64,000 nucleotides of DNA from Chiloscyllium plagiosum. Lineage: Eukaryota. This document shows, piece after piece, positions 25,789 to 39,516 of this stretch (positions are counted from its first letter, which is position 1; each line of letters starts with the position of its first letter). The stretch lies in the NCBI RefSeq assembly GCF_004010195.1, contig NC_057719.1, positions 24,107,933-24,171,932 of the forward strand, in the 5' to 3' direction. The position numbers and the translations under genes are program-made. The notes under the pieces are model-generated. The model was not told the DNA's origin. It made no database searches and saw only the letters and a program-made list of their open reading frames with translations.

Positions 25789-28329
25789 CTTGCAATGCAA
25801 TGTCCATTCGCTAGCCTGTTCATCAAAGTATTATTCAAAGTCTTCAAAATTATCAAGGTTCTGACATGAAAGATTTACCAGTCATCACCCTCCCCTATTA
25901 TCAATGTAATGTACAGGAAATAAGAATGCTTTGATCCCAGAAGGAACGAAATCCACCCTTCAGATCTGAACGGTGAAAAAAAGACAATCTAACATCTTGA
26001 GTAGCTGTCTCATAGCCATTAGCCAAAAGCAGTTAGACAAATGATTGACATAGTAATGGCCATCCCTCAAAATAAGAAATATAACAAGGATGAGGGAAGG
26101 GAGGGACAAAATGATCCAGGGAGATAAGCTACACCATTCCTCTTATCCATCTTAACAGAATGGTTTTCGTATCAGTAAAGCATTCTCAATTGTCACAGAT
26201 TGTATACTTCCTTTCTTTGGCTAATTAATTTATGTACGCTATCTACTGCTTCTCAATAAACTATCAGAAAATTGCACTGAAAAATCAACTGCCTTTATTG
26301 GGTGACTATGATCATGAACCCCTCAGAATCAATCTTCCTGCATTTTTGGGTGTGTGTTTTATCCTGGTACTAACTGAGTCATGCTGACTATGTCTGGTGG
26401 CATAGCCTTCTGCTACGCACAGCACAATAAAAGATTGCCCTCTTCTCCACGAACCTGCCTGCCTCTCGGTCCTTGTTCACAAAGCAGGTGCAAATTTTCT
26501 TTTCTGGGCCATATCCTCATTGATAATCATCACGCACTATAGTGTGAAGTTCTGGTTTGCAGTGGTATGTTGCTGGGCTTTAAATATGGGCAGAGAGGCC
26601 TGAATTTCACATGGTCCAGTCGTGAGAAGTACTTATGTTTCTTCTTCTGCATGGTTCCATTCGAATGGTGCTGAAGAGACCAGATATATAAGTACTGGGA
26701 AGAGTGGAAGATTGCATGAGAAAGATAGTTGCGAGCCACAGTAGAATGGGCACTCACTCACTTGACAAAATACAAACTAAAACTAGGAAAATTCCACCCA
26801 TGGTGTTCAATTATCCTGTCATTCAAAATAGACTGGAGTAGGCTTCTGACAACAGATGTCTTTTTAACACTTCTATAATTTCTTGGCTTCTCTTGCTCAC
26901 CCTTCCTCAGTGGAGTTACATGCATAACTTCGCAAACTAAACAGACAGTTCCTGAATTAAACACTTGAAGATTGCAGTTCTGGTATCTGCAACATTTTTG
27001 ACTGCTTTCTTTAATACTGTGATATTGAAAGCATCTGCATTTAGGGATTTGTCACTCTTTAGCACCATTATTTTGCTTATATTATTTTTGATAAGTCTCT
27101 CAAAATTACTTTGATTGCAGCATCTGGCATGCTAATCCCTTCTTTATTGTAAATATCCAGGGAAAGTAATTACTTGGTCCATCAATTCCTTTTTTCAAAA
27201 AAAAAATCAATATAATATCCACATACTTTTCTAATATAATTGGGGATATTTTTATCCTGATTGTGATGTCCTTTGCATGTTTATTTTCATAACTCTGTTG
27301 TTACCCTTTGCTATCCTATGTGTCTCTCCCATTGCCAGCACCTACACTATATATGTACTTTTGCCTGTCTTTTGTCATTTATTTTATTATTGCTTCTTAC
27401 AACACTGGGAGGCAGGTAAATTCAGCCCCAAAAACTCCAAATTGCCAGGTCAAAATGAATTATAGAGGCAATCAGAAAGAATAAAAGCTGTTCTTGCAGG
27501 TGGGACTGCAAAATATTTGAAAGAAGATGCACCTTCAATCACAGACTTGTATCTGACATATGCTGCTGATCAGCTCTTTTGTGATCCTATAAACAGCAAA
27601 CGTGAAAGTGAATCAGCTTGCAACTGGAGAAGCAATGAGAAGGCAAGTACTGGAAGTGATAAGTAAGTTGGCGATCCTAGAGAGAGGTGAAGGGGGAGTA
27701 GACAGTCTGCTGGACATGGTTGGTGTTGGTAGACTGGAGGTGTGAGGTGGACTATGGAAAAAGCAACTGATCAATGCATTAAGATTTGAGTGGCTAAGAG
27801 CGGAGTTGGAAAAGGAAGGATAAGGAGGTGAGCTACAAATTTGAAAGGAATAACAGAAATGAGCAGCTCTAGAGGAGGATATAAGAGAGGCTGCCAAACA
27901 GAGCAAATAGCTTTAAACCTGTCAACAAAACAATGCCCAGCGAACTAAGAACCATGGAAACTTCATTGTAAATTAATGTGCTTGTTATGAAAGATCCATC
28001 AGTTATTTTATTAAAACTGTTAACTTATACCTGTTGTCCAATGCCACTTCAAATACTAGATTCAGATCAATTAATGTTTGTGTGAACAACGGCCACTGAC
28101 TGCTTTTCACTTACTGCCTTACAAATTGACAAATTTACCTTGATCAGTCTGCACCTCATCCTACTGAAGTGAGCCTCTTCTAAGTCTGGAGTCTTAGCTA
28201 CTGTTTCATACTTCATCCTTTCAAACCATGCAGTATCACAGTGTAATGCACTAGAGGCAGTAGAGAAGCCAAATTGTTCTTGCCTTTGAGAAGTGGCAAG
28301 AGAAGCAGCATTAGCAGGAAGTTGTACCT

Positions 28330-28570
28330 GAGTCTTCAGATTGAACCTAGCCCCTGAGCGCAATGATCAGGTGCTGTGCATTTCGAGGTTGCACTTCACA
28401 AAAGAGGTGGTTAGAGAACTGTCCCATGTTCTATTGCCTCACAGCAGAGTATGGATGGCACTGTCTGTGACAGTTTCTATGCCAGCATACCTTTCCAGGC
28501 TGGAGTAGGCAATATCAGCAAAACAGTTAAATCTTTGACAGTTTGCCATCCATCGCTACAGGTGATTGTT
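28330..28570 (+). mobile_element. PIF/Harbinger transposase (HARBI1-like) relic
   Basis: Frameshifted translation CISRLHFTKEVVRELSHVLLPHSR..ALSV / FYASIPFQAGVGNIS / QFAIH resembles the Harbinger N-terminal RF.K..V.EL...FYA.GSFQ...GD...ISQ pattern. Confidence 0.55.
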
Positions 28571-29384
28571 GGGAGTTGAGTCAGAAATAGAGGGAGAGGA
28601 CAGATAAAAGAGGGGTGACAGCAGGAGAGTGGAACTTAGCATGTAATTGTTCTCCAAAAGAGTTGTCTATGAGCCTTTGTTTGGGCTTCAGCTTCCCCAA
28701 AGAAATCTTCATACCTCTGTTATTTCAGCACTTCCCCACCTTACTACTCCTCTGTACAGGATAATCACAGCACCTTCCTGACCGCAACCCTGAATTTAAA
28801 AACACCGTCAAAACTATTCCAAACCAAGTTCATCCAAAGCTTGCAATATTTGCCCAAAACAATTATTCACCCTTCTGCATTCTGTTAGATCTGTTGCTTG
28901 GTTGCCTTTGAGCTCCTTTGCAGTGTTATCACTATAGCTGCAGGACAGTTGGTGGAAAACTGCTAACTTTCAATTGTTGGGGAGCTGCAGATGCCCTTAC
29001 AGTATAGAACTCTTTTGCTAAGCACCTGGCTTCAGATTGTACTGCCTCAGCAAGCACGGCACAAGTCCAGGCTCATTCACTGGCCACCAAAACAGGGAGA
29101 CTTGTGGACTGGTAGTGATAGAAACAAAAATGCTCTGATCCAGAGGGTGGACAGCAAATTTGTGCTACAAGAAGTAACTGTGACTCCGCTGGGGCAGTAC
29201 CTCAGTGGTACAAATAATCTGCTGAGGCACAGATTGCTGACTGCTCCAAGACCCTGCGAGCTCCTTTGAACAATGGGTCCATAGATGATATTTCTTTTAA
29301 AAAAGGTCCCTTACATTTGTTGTCCCATTTATAATTTTCTGGCCCTTCCTATTTACACTCTTTTACCTCAACCATAAAAGCTTT

Positions 29385-30235
29385 TGCAGTACAGCACAGT
29401 ACAGTCGATGTTGTGCCGGCCTTTTATCCTACTCTAAGGTCAAACTAACCTACATACTCGTCATTTTACTATCATCCATGTGCCTATCCAAGAGTCACTT
29501 AAATGTCCCTAATGTATTTGACTCTACTACCACTGCTGGCAGTGCATTCCATGCACCCACCACTCTCTGTGTAAAGAACCCACCTCTGACACCTCCCCTA
29601 AACCTTTCTCCAATCAGCTTAAAATTATGTCCCCTTATGATAGCCCTGCTCTGGGAAAAAGTCTCTGACTATTCACTATCTATGCTTCTTATTATCTTGT
29701 ACACCCCTACCAAGTCACCTCTCATCATTCTTCAGTCCAAGGAGGAAAGCCCTAGCTCCCTCAATCTTTCTTCATAAGACCTGCCTGCCAGTCCAGGCAG
29801 CAGCCTGATAAATCTCCTCTGCACCCTCTCTAAAGCTTCCACATCCTTCCTATAGGTGAGGTGACCAGAACTGAACACAATATTCCAAGTGTGTTGTTAA
29901 CAGGGCTCAATAAAGATACAGCATAACCTCACGGCTCTTAAAGTCAATTTCCCTGTTAATGAAAGCCAACACATCTTATGCGTCCTTAACAATCCTATCA
30001 ACTTGGATGGCAACTTTGAGGGACCTATGAACATGGACCCCAAGATTCTCTGTTCCTCCACACTGCCAAGAATCCTGCCTTTAACCCTGTGTTCTGTATT
30101 CAAATTTGACCTTCCAAAGTGAGTCACTTCACAATTTTCCAAGTTGAACTCCATCTGCCATTTATCAGTCCACTTCTGCATCTTGTCAATGTCCTGCTCA
30201 ACCTACAACAGCCCTCCACATATGTTGACATCTCT
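29385..30235 (-). mobile_element. CR1 LINE 3' fragment
   Basis: ORF 29897..30181 (KWQMEFNLENCEVTHFGRSN). Confidence 0.88.
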
Positions 30236-30249
30236 GACTAGTTTACTCT

Positions 30250-31270
30250 TTTTTTCCAGCTTACAAGAAGACCACAACAACATTCAGATTGGCCTGATAA
30301 GGTGGAAAGTAACATGGGTACCAATGGTACCAATGATCATCTGCAACAAGAGAACATTTATTTCTCTTCTTTGATACTCAATGGCTTTATTATTACTGAT
30401 TCCCTCACTAACCTGCAGATTATTATTGACCAGAAGCTTTACCGGACTAATCACATAAGTACAAGAGCAGGTCAGAGGCTGGGTATTGTGTGTTTAGTAT
30501 ACTATTAAATATTATAATTTAGTAATTTTCTGAATCCCCAAAGCACATCCTCCATTTACATGATACAATTTCAGGATAATGATAGAATACTTCCCAATTA
30601 CATGAATATGGCTCTAATAACAGAATTGAAACCATTTAGGACAAGGCAACTCTCTTGATTTGTAGCTCAACCATTACTTTTAAATTTCATTCACCACTCT
30701 ATCAATGTACTGTGGCTGTCACGTTGTACCACTTGTAGATGGGCTATTGTATCTCTTCAAGGTTCTTTGGACAACACTTCGAAACCTGTCATTTCTGCCC
30801 GAGAAGGAAAAGGGCAGTAGGTGCAGGGGAATACCATCACCTGCAAATTTACCTCCAAATGACACACGAACCTAACTTGGGGAGTTAGCTTTCTTCACCA
30901 GTACTGGGTTAAAAACCTGGACCTCTCTCCCCAACAGCATTTTGGGTGTACCTACATTGTCAGGGGTCAGTTAGCTCAACTGGCTGGGTGGCTTGAAATG
31001 CAGGATAATGCCAACGGCTTGGATTCAATTCCCACACTGATTTACCAAGGAAGGACCCTCCTTCTCAACCTCTCCTCTCACCCGAGGCTTGGTGACCCTC
31101 GGGTAAAGAACCACCAGTCATTTCTCTCTAATGACAGCAGCAGCTCTGTGGTCCTCTGGGACTGTGGCAACTTTACCTACATTATATGGACTGTAGTGAC
31201 TCAAGGAAGAAGCACAAAGTTCCAATAAAGATTGGCTATGAATGCTGGCCTTGCCAATGATGCCCATGTG
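30250..31270 (+). mobile_element. Old LINE 3' region sharing its tail with the SacSINE1-like SINE
   Basis: LQEDHNNIQI / RAGQRLGI remnants; ends aatgctggccttgccaatgatgcccat; same family in reverse at 63130-64000. Confidence 0.6.
30959..31173 (+). mobile_element. Third tRNA-derived SINE family
   Basis: A box tagctcaactgg, B-box-like gattcaattccc; 10-bp TSD tacctacatt at 30949-30958 and 31174-31183. Confidence 0.75.
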
Positions 31271-34175
31271 CACCCCTCCTTACGTGCTGCATCTTAATTA
31301 TTTGAGATAAGTTTGTTTTACTTTTTATAGGCATAACAGCCATGATTTATTCTAAGATTGATCAATGATACACTTCAACATCATTTAAAAACATAAAAAA
31401 GGACTATCCAATCATCTACAGAGAGAAAGGAAACATTTGGATAAAATGAATGAGGGGCCTTTAAAGGCAGAATATGGAAAATGTATAGAAGGGAACAAAG
31501 AAGTGGCAGAAAAGCTCAACCATTACTTTGTGTCTGCTTTCATTGAGGAAGGTACAACAAAGAGACACCTGGAATGAGAAGTTGAAGGAAATTACTGTTT
31601 GTAAGAAGATTATATTTGAGAAATTAATGGGTCTCAAGTTGAAGAATCCCAAAGTTGAAGAGAGAATGCAATGAAGGTTCACCAGACTTGATCCCAAGAT
31701 TGCGGGACTGACCTAGGAAAAGAGATAACGTAAACCAGGCCTGTATGGTTTAGAGTTTTGAAGAATGAGAAGTGATCTCATTGAAATCTACAAAATAAGG
31801 GCTAGATAGTATAGATGCAAAAAATATGTTTCCCCTGGTTCAGAAGTCTAAAATTAGGAGACACAGTTGAAAAACAAGGTGGATGTCACCTCCAGTTTGA
31901 GGAGGCGAAATTATTTTACTCAGAGGATTGTGAATCTTTGGAATTCTCTACCACAAAGGACTGTGAAAGCTCAGCATGAGTAAGTTTAAAATAGAGATTG
32001 ATACATTTCTGATTACCAGTGATGCACAGAGTTACAGGGTGCGGCAAATACAAGACATTAAGAAAGGAAGATGCAATCACAAAGATTAGGTTCTAAATAT
32101 TTCCCAATAACTAGCCAGAGATAGAGGAACATGGAAAAGTGTAAATACAGTAGGATTGTATTAGGAGTGATCTTAACTTCCACATCATTGATGGGTACTC
32201 CCTTAGTGCCAAGGGCTTAGATGGGACAGAATTTGTTAGGTGCATCCAGGAGGGCTTTTTGAAACAATACGTAGATAGTCCAACTGGAGAAGGGCCCATA
32301 TTTGGGAACGAGCCTGGCCAGGTGATTGATGTTTCAGTGGAGGAGCGTTTAGAGAATAGTAGTCATAATTCCGTAAGTTTTAAGATAGATATGGATAAGA
32401 TTCCTCGGGTGGAAGTGCTAAAACAGGGGAAACCTAATTACAACATTATTAAACAGGAACTGGAGAAATTAGATTGGGGTGGCTGTTGATGGTAAATTCA
32501 CATCTGACCTGAGGGAGTCTTTTAAAGTCCAGTTGATTAGAGTTTAGGACCAGTGTGTTCCTGTGAGGATGAAAGATAGGATTGCAAGATTCAGGAATGC
32601 CAGATGACAAGAGATATGAAGATTTAGTCAAAAAGGAAAAGGAAGCATATGTAAAGTTTAGGAAACTGCAATCAGACAAGGCCTTTGAGGAAAAGAAAGG
32701 AAGCAGGATAGAATATAATCAAGGAATTAGGAGAGGTAAAAAATGCTATAAAATGTCCTTAACACGTAGGATTAAGGAGAATTCCAAACATTTTGTGTGT
32801 ATTAGGAATATGAGGGTAGCTAGGGAAGGAGTAGGTCCACTCAAGGACAAATGAGGGAATTTAGGGATGGAGAGAGAAAAAGTGGTTTAAGTTCTTAATG
32901 AGGACTTTGCATTAATATTCACCAAGGAAGACATGGATAATGGTAAGAATAGGGATAGATATGTTGACATTAAGGAGGTGGTGGTGTTGGGTATCTTGAA
33001 ACACATTAAGGTAGATACATCTCTAAGGTCTGATGGGATCTATCCCTGTATACTGAGGGAGATAAGGGATTGTTGGGCCTTTGACGGAGATTGTTGCATC
33101 CTCTTTAGCCACAGATGAGATCTCAAAAGACTGGAGAATAGCCAATGTTATTCCTTCATTTAAGAAGGGAAACAGGGATAATCCAGAAAATTATATGCCA
33201 GCAAGTCTTACTTACATCAGTGGTAGAGAAGTTACTGATGAAGATTCTTAGGTTCAGGATTTACTCACATTTGGAAAAGAATGAGGACATCTTTTTCACA
33301 CAAAGGACAGTTTGTAAATGGAATGAACTGCCAGAAGAAGTGGCAGATGCAGGTATAGTTACAATATTTAAAAGAAATGTGGATAGGTACATGTATGGGA
33401 AAGGTTTAGAGGAATATGGGCCTAATGCAGGCAAGTGGAACTAGTTTAGTTTGGGAAACTTGGTCAACATGGACATGTTGGACTCTAGGATCTGTTTCCA
33501 TACTGTATGATTCTCTGACTCTATAATAGATTTAGTTGGGATAGATGGATTTGTATTTTTTTGGGGGGGTGGGGTGGGGGGAATTAGTGGTCTTTCTCTT
33601 AAATTTCATGAGTTTTTTGAGGAAGTGGCAAAGATGATTGATAGTGGCAAAGTTCTTTACATACACTTTACTAAAGCACTGGACAAGACATCTCATGGTT
33701 GACTGGTCCAGAAGATTAAGTCACATGGGATCCACGGTGAGTTGGTAAATTGGATACAACATTGGTTTGATCATAGAAGACAGAGGGTAGTTGTGGAACA
33801 GTTATTTTCTGATTGAAAGTCTGTGATCAGTGGCGTTCCACAAGAATCAGTGCTGAAACCTCTGTTTGTAATATATAAATAAATGAATTGGAAGAAAATG
33901 AAGGTAGTCTTATTAGTAAATTTGCAGATGAAATGAACATTGATGGAGCTGTGCATAGTGAAAAAGGTTGTCAATGCGTACAGTAGAAAATAGATCAGTT
34001 GGAAAGTTAGGTGGAGAAATGGTACATGGAGTTTAATTTGGATAACTGTGAGAGGATGCATTTTGAGAGATCAAATGTAAGAAGAAAGTACATGGTCAAT
34101 GGCAGAACCCTTCGGAGCACTGATATATGGAGGAATCTTGGGGTGCAAGTCCATAGCTCCCTGACAGTGGCAAAA

Positions 34176-34520
34176 CGGGGGGAGGTGATGGCCTAGTGGT
34201 ATTAATCGCTGGACGATTAATCCAGAGACCCTCTTAATGGTTCAAATCCTTCCATAGCAGATGGTGGAATTTGAATCCAATAAAAATGTCAAAGAAAGAA
34301 TTCAGCAATAATCAATAATTCCATTGTCGATTGCCATAAAAACCGATCTAGTTCACTAATGTCCTTTATGGAATTAAACTGCCAACCTTACCTCGTCTGG
34401 CCTACATGTGACTCCAGAGCCACAGCAATGTGACTGAGTCTTAACTATCCTCTGGGATGGGCAAATAAATGCTAGCCTAGCCAGCGATGCCCTCATCCCA
34501 TGAATGAATTTTTTAAAAAA
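34176..34520 (+). mobile_element. SacSINE1-like SINE nested in CR1
   Basis: tggcctagtgg A box, ggttcaaatcc B box, tail aataaatgctagcctagccagcgatgccctcatcccatgaatgaa. Confidence 0.8.
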
Positions 34521-34730
34521 TGTGGGGATAAGATGGTAAAGGCAGCGTATGGTATGCTTGCCATCATCATCTGCGGCTTTGAGTATAAGAGTTAGCAAGT
34601 CATGTTCCAGTTGTAGAACCTTTAGTTAGGCATTATTTGGAATACAACATGTAGTTCAAGTTGCCACAAGTAGATAATAAAATGAGAGACATGGATAGGG
34701 TGGATATTTGGGGTCTTTTCCCCAGGATTC

Positions 34731-35040
34731 TAGATTACTCACAGTGTGGAAACAGGCCTTTCGGCCCAACAAGTCCACACCGACCCGCCGAAGCGCAACC
34801 CACCCAGACCCATTCCCCTACATTTACCCTTGCACCTAACATACAGGCAATTTAGCATGGCCAATTCACCTAACCTGCATATTTTTGGACTGTGGGAGGA
34901 AACCGGAGCACCCGGAGGAAACCCACGCAGACACGGGGAGAATGTGCAAACTCCACACTGTGTCGCCTGAGGCGGGAATTGAACCCGGGTATCTGGCGCT
35001 GTGAGGCAGCAGTGCTAACCACTGTGCCACCATGTCACCC
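34731..35040 (-). mobile_element. Young HE1-type SINE
   Basis: Closely similar to 45127-45440; CpG-rich. Confidence 0.92.
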
Positions 35041-35560
35041 ATCAAACATCAAATACGAGAAGGTGAAAGGAAAGAGGGGGAAGTTTAAAGAATATATGCG
35101 AGGATATTTTTGGTTTCTATACCAAAAGCTATAAATGCCTCGAATGTGCTGCTAGAGGTGGCGGTAGAGCAGATATAATAGCAACGTTAAAGAGGCATTT
35201 AGACACACACATGAACAGGCAGGGAAGAGACTGACAAGGACCACATGCAGGCAGTTGGGATTAATTTAGAATGGCATCAAAGTTGGTGCAGACATGGTGT
35301 CCAAAGGGCCTGTTTCTGTGTTATGCTGTTCTATGTTCTATGTGATCAGCCATGATCATATTGAATAGTGCAGCAGGCTTGATGGGATGAATGGCTTACT
35401 CCCATTGTTATGTTCCTGTTTTGGTCACTTAGAGTTTTGGCATGTAAGTACAATTTTTCATAACAAATAACTTCAACTCTATATTTTCATCAAGATAGAA
35501 GCACACGTAAGGAGTACTGTATACATATAACATGGAAAGATCTTTTGACTTTTATATTAC

Positions 35561-35634
35561 CTCTTGCCTGATGGTTTCCTTTGGTAAAGCATTAATTACA
35601 GTCAGGAGAGTCTCCAACCATGCATTACTGACCA
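35561..35634 (-). CDS. PPP4R4: PPP4R4 coding exon (~exon 5), 74 bp, phase 1 to 0
   Basis: ttttttggccag|TG GTC AGT...CAA GAG|gtaata; (V)VSNAWLETLLTVINALPKETIRQE. Confidence 0.96.
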
Positions 35635-35954
35635 CTGGCCAAAAAAGAAAACATAATGAGCTTTGATATTATTGAACATTGAGAGTTTAATATATTGCAA
35701 AATCAACTCCACTGTCTAATCTTATAAATTAGTGCACAAGCTATGTGATAGGCAGTTGCATAAAAGGTTTTGAAGTTTACACATTTTTAAAATGAATACT
35801 TATAGTAAGAAAATAAAATAGTCATATCTGGTAGAGTTTCCATTACTTGGTTCAGTTTGTCAACCTAAGAAAGACTATTAAAGGCAGCACTCCCTTTTAT
35901 CATCAGGAAGTAGTCCCAATGAGCATATGAATGAAGCAGAAATGGTCTTTTAAT

Positions 35955-38370
35955 GTTTCAAACATCTTAAATGGCACCTTTGTGACCACCTCTACCTACT
36001 CCACTGGCAATGCGTTCTAGGCACCCACCATCCTCTATGTAAAGAACTTTCTACACATATCTCCCCTAAATCTTTCCCCTCTCACTTTGAACTGGTGACC
36101 CGTAGTCATTGAGTCTCCTGCTCTGGGCAAAAGCTTATTGCTATCCACCCTGTCGATACCGCTCATGATTTTATAGACCTCAATTAGGTCCCCACTCAAC
36201 CTCTGTCTTTCTGATGAAAATAATCCTAATCTACTCAAACTCTCATCATAGCTTGCACCCTCCATACCAGGCAACATCCTAGTGAACCTCCTCTGCACCC
36301 TCTCCAAAGCAACTGCATCCTTTTGGTAATGTGACGACCAGAACGGTACACAGTATTCTAAATGTGGCTGAACCAAAGTCGTATACAACCGTAACATGAC
36401 CTGCCAACTCTTGAACAAGATACCCTGTCCGATGAAGGAAAGCATGTTGTGTGCCTTCTTGACCTGCGTTGCCACCCTTCAGGGAAAAATGGACCTAAAT
36501 AGCCAGATCTCTCTGTATGGCAATTTTCCCCAGGACTTTTCCATTTACTGCAGTTCACTCTTGAATTGGATCTTCCAAAATGCAGTATCTCACATTTGCC
36601 CAGATTCAACTCCATCTGCCATTTCTTTGCCCAACTCTCCAATCTATCTACATTCTGTTGTATTCCCTGACCGTCCCCTTCACTATCTGCAACTCCACCA
36701 ATCTTACTGTCATCTGCAAACTTGCTAATGAAACCACCTATATCTTCCTCCAAATCATTATGTATATCACAAACAACAGTGGTCCCAGCACGGATCGCTG
36801 TGGAACACCACTAGTCACAGGTCTCCATTTTAAGAAACTCCCTTCCATTACTATTCTCTGTCTCCTGTTGCTCAGCCAGTTCTCTATCCATCTAGCTAGC
36901 ACACCCTGGACCCCCTGGCGCACCTTCTCCATCAGCCTACCATGGGGAACGGTCTCCATTTTAAGAAACTCCCTTCCATTACTATTCTCTGTCTCCTATT
37001 GCTCAGCCAGTTCTCTATCCATCTAGCTAGCACACCCTGGACCCCTGGCGCACCTTCTCCATCAGCCTACCATGGGGAACCTTATCAAACGCCTTACTGA
37101 AGTTCATGTATATGACATCTACAGCCCTTCCCTCATCAATCAACTTTGTCACTTCTTTAAAGAATTCTATTAAGTTGGTAAGACATGACCTTTCCTTCAC
37201 AAAACCATGCTGCCTATCACTGATAAGCTCATTTTCTTCCAAATGGGAATAGATCCTATCCCTCAGTATCTTCTACAGCAGCTTCCCTACCACGGATGTC
37301 AGGTTCACCAGTCTATAATACTGAACTATCCCTGCTACCCTTCTTAAACAAGGGAACAACAGTAGCAGTTTTCCAGTCCTCTGGGACCTCACCCGCATTC
37401 AAGGATGCTGCACATATATCTGTTAAGCCCTCAACCATTTCCCTCTCTCACTTCCCTCAGTAACCTGGGATAAATCCCATCCGGGCCTGAGGACCTATCC
37501 AGCTTAATGCCTTTTAGAATACTCAACACTTCCTTCCTCCTTATACCGATTTGACCTGGAGTAATCAAACATCTATCCCTCACCTCAACATCCGTCATGT
37601 CCTTCTCCTCGGTGAATACCAATGCAAAGTACTCATTAAGAATCTCACCAATTTTCTCTGGCTCCATACAATAACTTCTCTCCTTCGCCCTTGGGTGGGC
37701 CAACCCTTTCTTCAGTTACCCCCTTGCTCCTTATCGATAAAAGGCTTTGGGATTTTCCTTAACCATTAGAGGTATCATGACTCCTTTTAGCCCTCTTAAT
37801 TCCTCGTTTCAGATTAGTCCTATATTCCCGATATTCTTCCAAAGCTTCGTCTGTCTTCAGTCGCCTAGAACTTATGTACACTTTCTTTTTCCTCTTAGCT
37901 AGTCTCAGAATTTCACCTGTCATCCATGGTTTCCTAGAGTTGTCATTTCTACCCGTCATTTTCACAGGAACATATCTCTCCTGACCTCTAATCAACCTCT
38001 CTTTAAAAGCCTCCCACATATCAACTATGGATCTACCTTCAAACAGCTGCTCCCAATCTACATTCCCCAGCTCCTGCTGAATTTTGGTACAGTTGGCCTT
38101 TCCCCAATTTAGCATTCTTACTTTCGGATTACTCTCGTCTTTGTCCATGAATATTCTAAAATGTACGGAATTGTGATCACTATTCCCAAAGTAATCCCCT
38201 AATGAAACATCAACCACCTGGCCTGGCTCATTTCCCAACACTTGGTCCAGTATGGCCCCTCCCTAGTTGGAGTATTTACATACTGCTCTAGAAAACCCTC
38301 CTCCTTACAAATACTGCTCCATCTAGACCTCTAACACTAACTGAATCCCAGTCAGTATTGAGAAAATTAA
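35955..38370 (-). mobile_element. CR1 LINE ORF2 pseudogene, about 2.4 kb (endonuclease end through RT)
   Basis: ORFs 37759..38241 (GNSDHN), 37027..37242 (QHGFVK.RSCLTNL..FSKAFD), 36738..36959 (GVPQ), 36358..36753 (KFADD), 36035..36475. Confidence 0.95.
36820..37080. repeat. Tandem duplication of about 130 bp inside CR1 RT
   Basis: 36820-36950 vs 36951-37080 differ by one substitution and one C in a run. Confidence 0.95.
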
Positions 38371-39091
38371 TGATGGATGGTTTTTGGACATCCTAAGTTT
38401 TAAGAATAAATAGTTTGAAACAGCTTTTGGCAAAGAAAATGTTTTTCAGATATAAATGCATAGGGAGTTTGCAGGGACAAAAGGAGGGAAAAATAGTTGC
38501 AAAAATGATCCATCCCGGATGTAAAATGCAATCAACAATTTTAACATTTAATTACATTTTGATAATACATCTTAAGAAAAATCATATCTCGATTTAGTTT
38601 ATTGTGCTCAAGTCTTTATTTAGATATGATTAGTTAATATGAATTCTCACAAAAGAAAAGAAAGCACACAATGGAGAAAAGCCTTTCTGTAAACTTCTAT
38701 AAATCCTCTTTTTATACAGAGTTTTAATCTACTCTGCTATGGACCCTGTCCACTTATTTCATTACCTGAGGGAATGCTGCCAAATGTATTACTAATTTAC
38801 ATAATCAAGTTCAGCATCTCAACATAGTAATCCTGCATTGATGCCCTCTGTATGCAAAGTTCTGCTTCTTCATTGTGGAATGTTTATTTGTGCGATCAAA
38901 TTCACAACCATTTACAATCATGTAACATTCCCGTCAGAATTTAAGGAACTATTATTTAAATTATTGAAAATATCTGTAGAATAAATGCTGGCCTAGCCAG
39001 TGACGCCTTCATCCCGGGAATGAAAATACATGTTTCTCAAAATCTTTCTCCTGCTCCTGCCAACTTCAATCCCCTGACTAATCATTAATCA

Positions 39092-39113
39092 ATCTCTCTC
39101 TCTCTCTCTCTCT
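39092..39113. repeat. (TC)n microsatellite
   Basis: About 10 tc units. Confidence 0.9.
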
Positions 39114-39368
39114 GTCTTAAATACATTCAATGCTAACACAAAAGTTAAAGGTCATAAGCATTTTACAATTTTGGCAATATACTTCATCTTAACTTTTCTG
39201 GTAACAGTCATTTGCAAAGATAGAGCAAAATCATTTTTAGAGCAGCAATTCTTCAGTTTAAGAAAGACTAAAAGCCACATAATTGAATTTAAAATTATAC
39301 TGTTCTCAATATGTAATGAAGAACATAGCTCACCGTTTTTCTTAACAGTTAACTTGCAATAAACTGAC

Positions 39369-39516
39369 CTGTGTCTCTGTGATCCAAGTTTGCCAATATG
39401 ATTGGGAGAAATGAATGTATATAAGCTGTAATGGAAACTAACTCTTCTTGCAAGATGGTAAGGAAAGAAACCGCAGCAGCTAATTGCATCTCCACCCCTG
39501 CAACATGCAGTACCTC
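39369..39516 (-). CDS. PPP4R4: PPP4R4 coding exon (~exon 4), 148 bp, phase 0 to 1
   Basis: cttttttgtag|GAG GTA...GAC ACA G|gtcagt; EVLHVAGVEMQLAAAVSFLTILQEELVSITAYIHSFLPIILANLDHRDT. Confidence 0.96.

Larger units (their letters stand above)
31450..35410 (+). mobile_element. Cluster of nested, degenerate CR1 LINEs (endonuclease to 3' tail)
   Basis: ORFs 32259..32489 (QYVDSPT..GNEPGQV..SSHNSV, APE end), 33145..33444 and 34011..34196; several 3' tails (33520, 35340). Confidence 0.85.
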
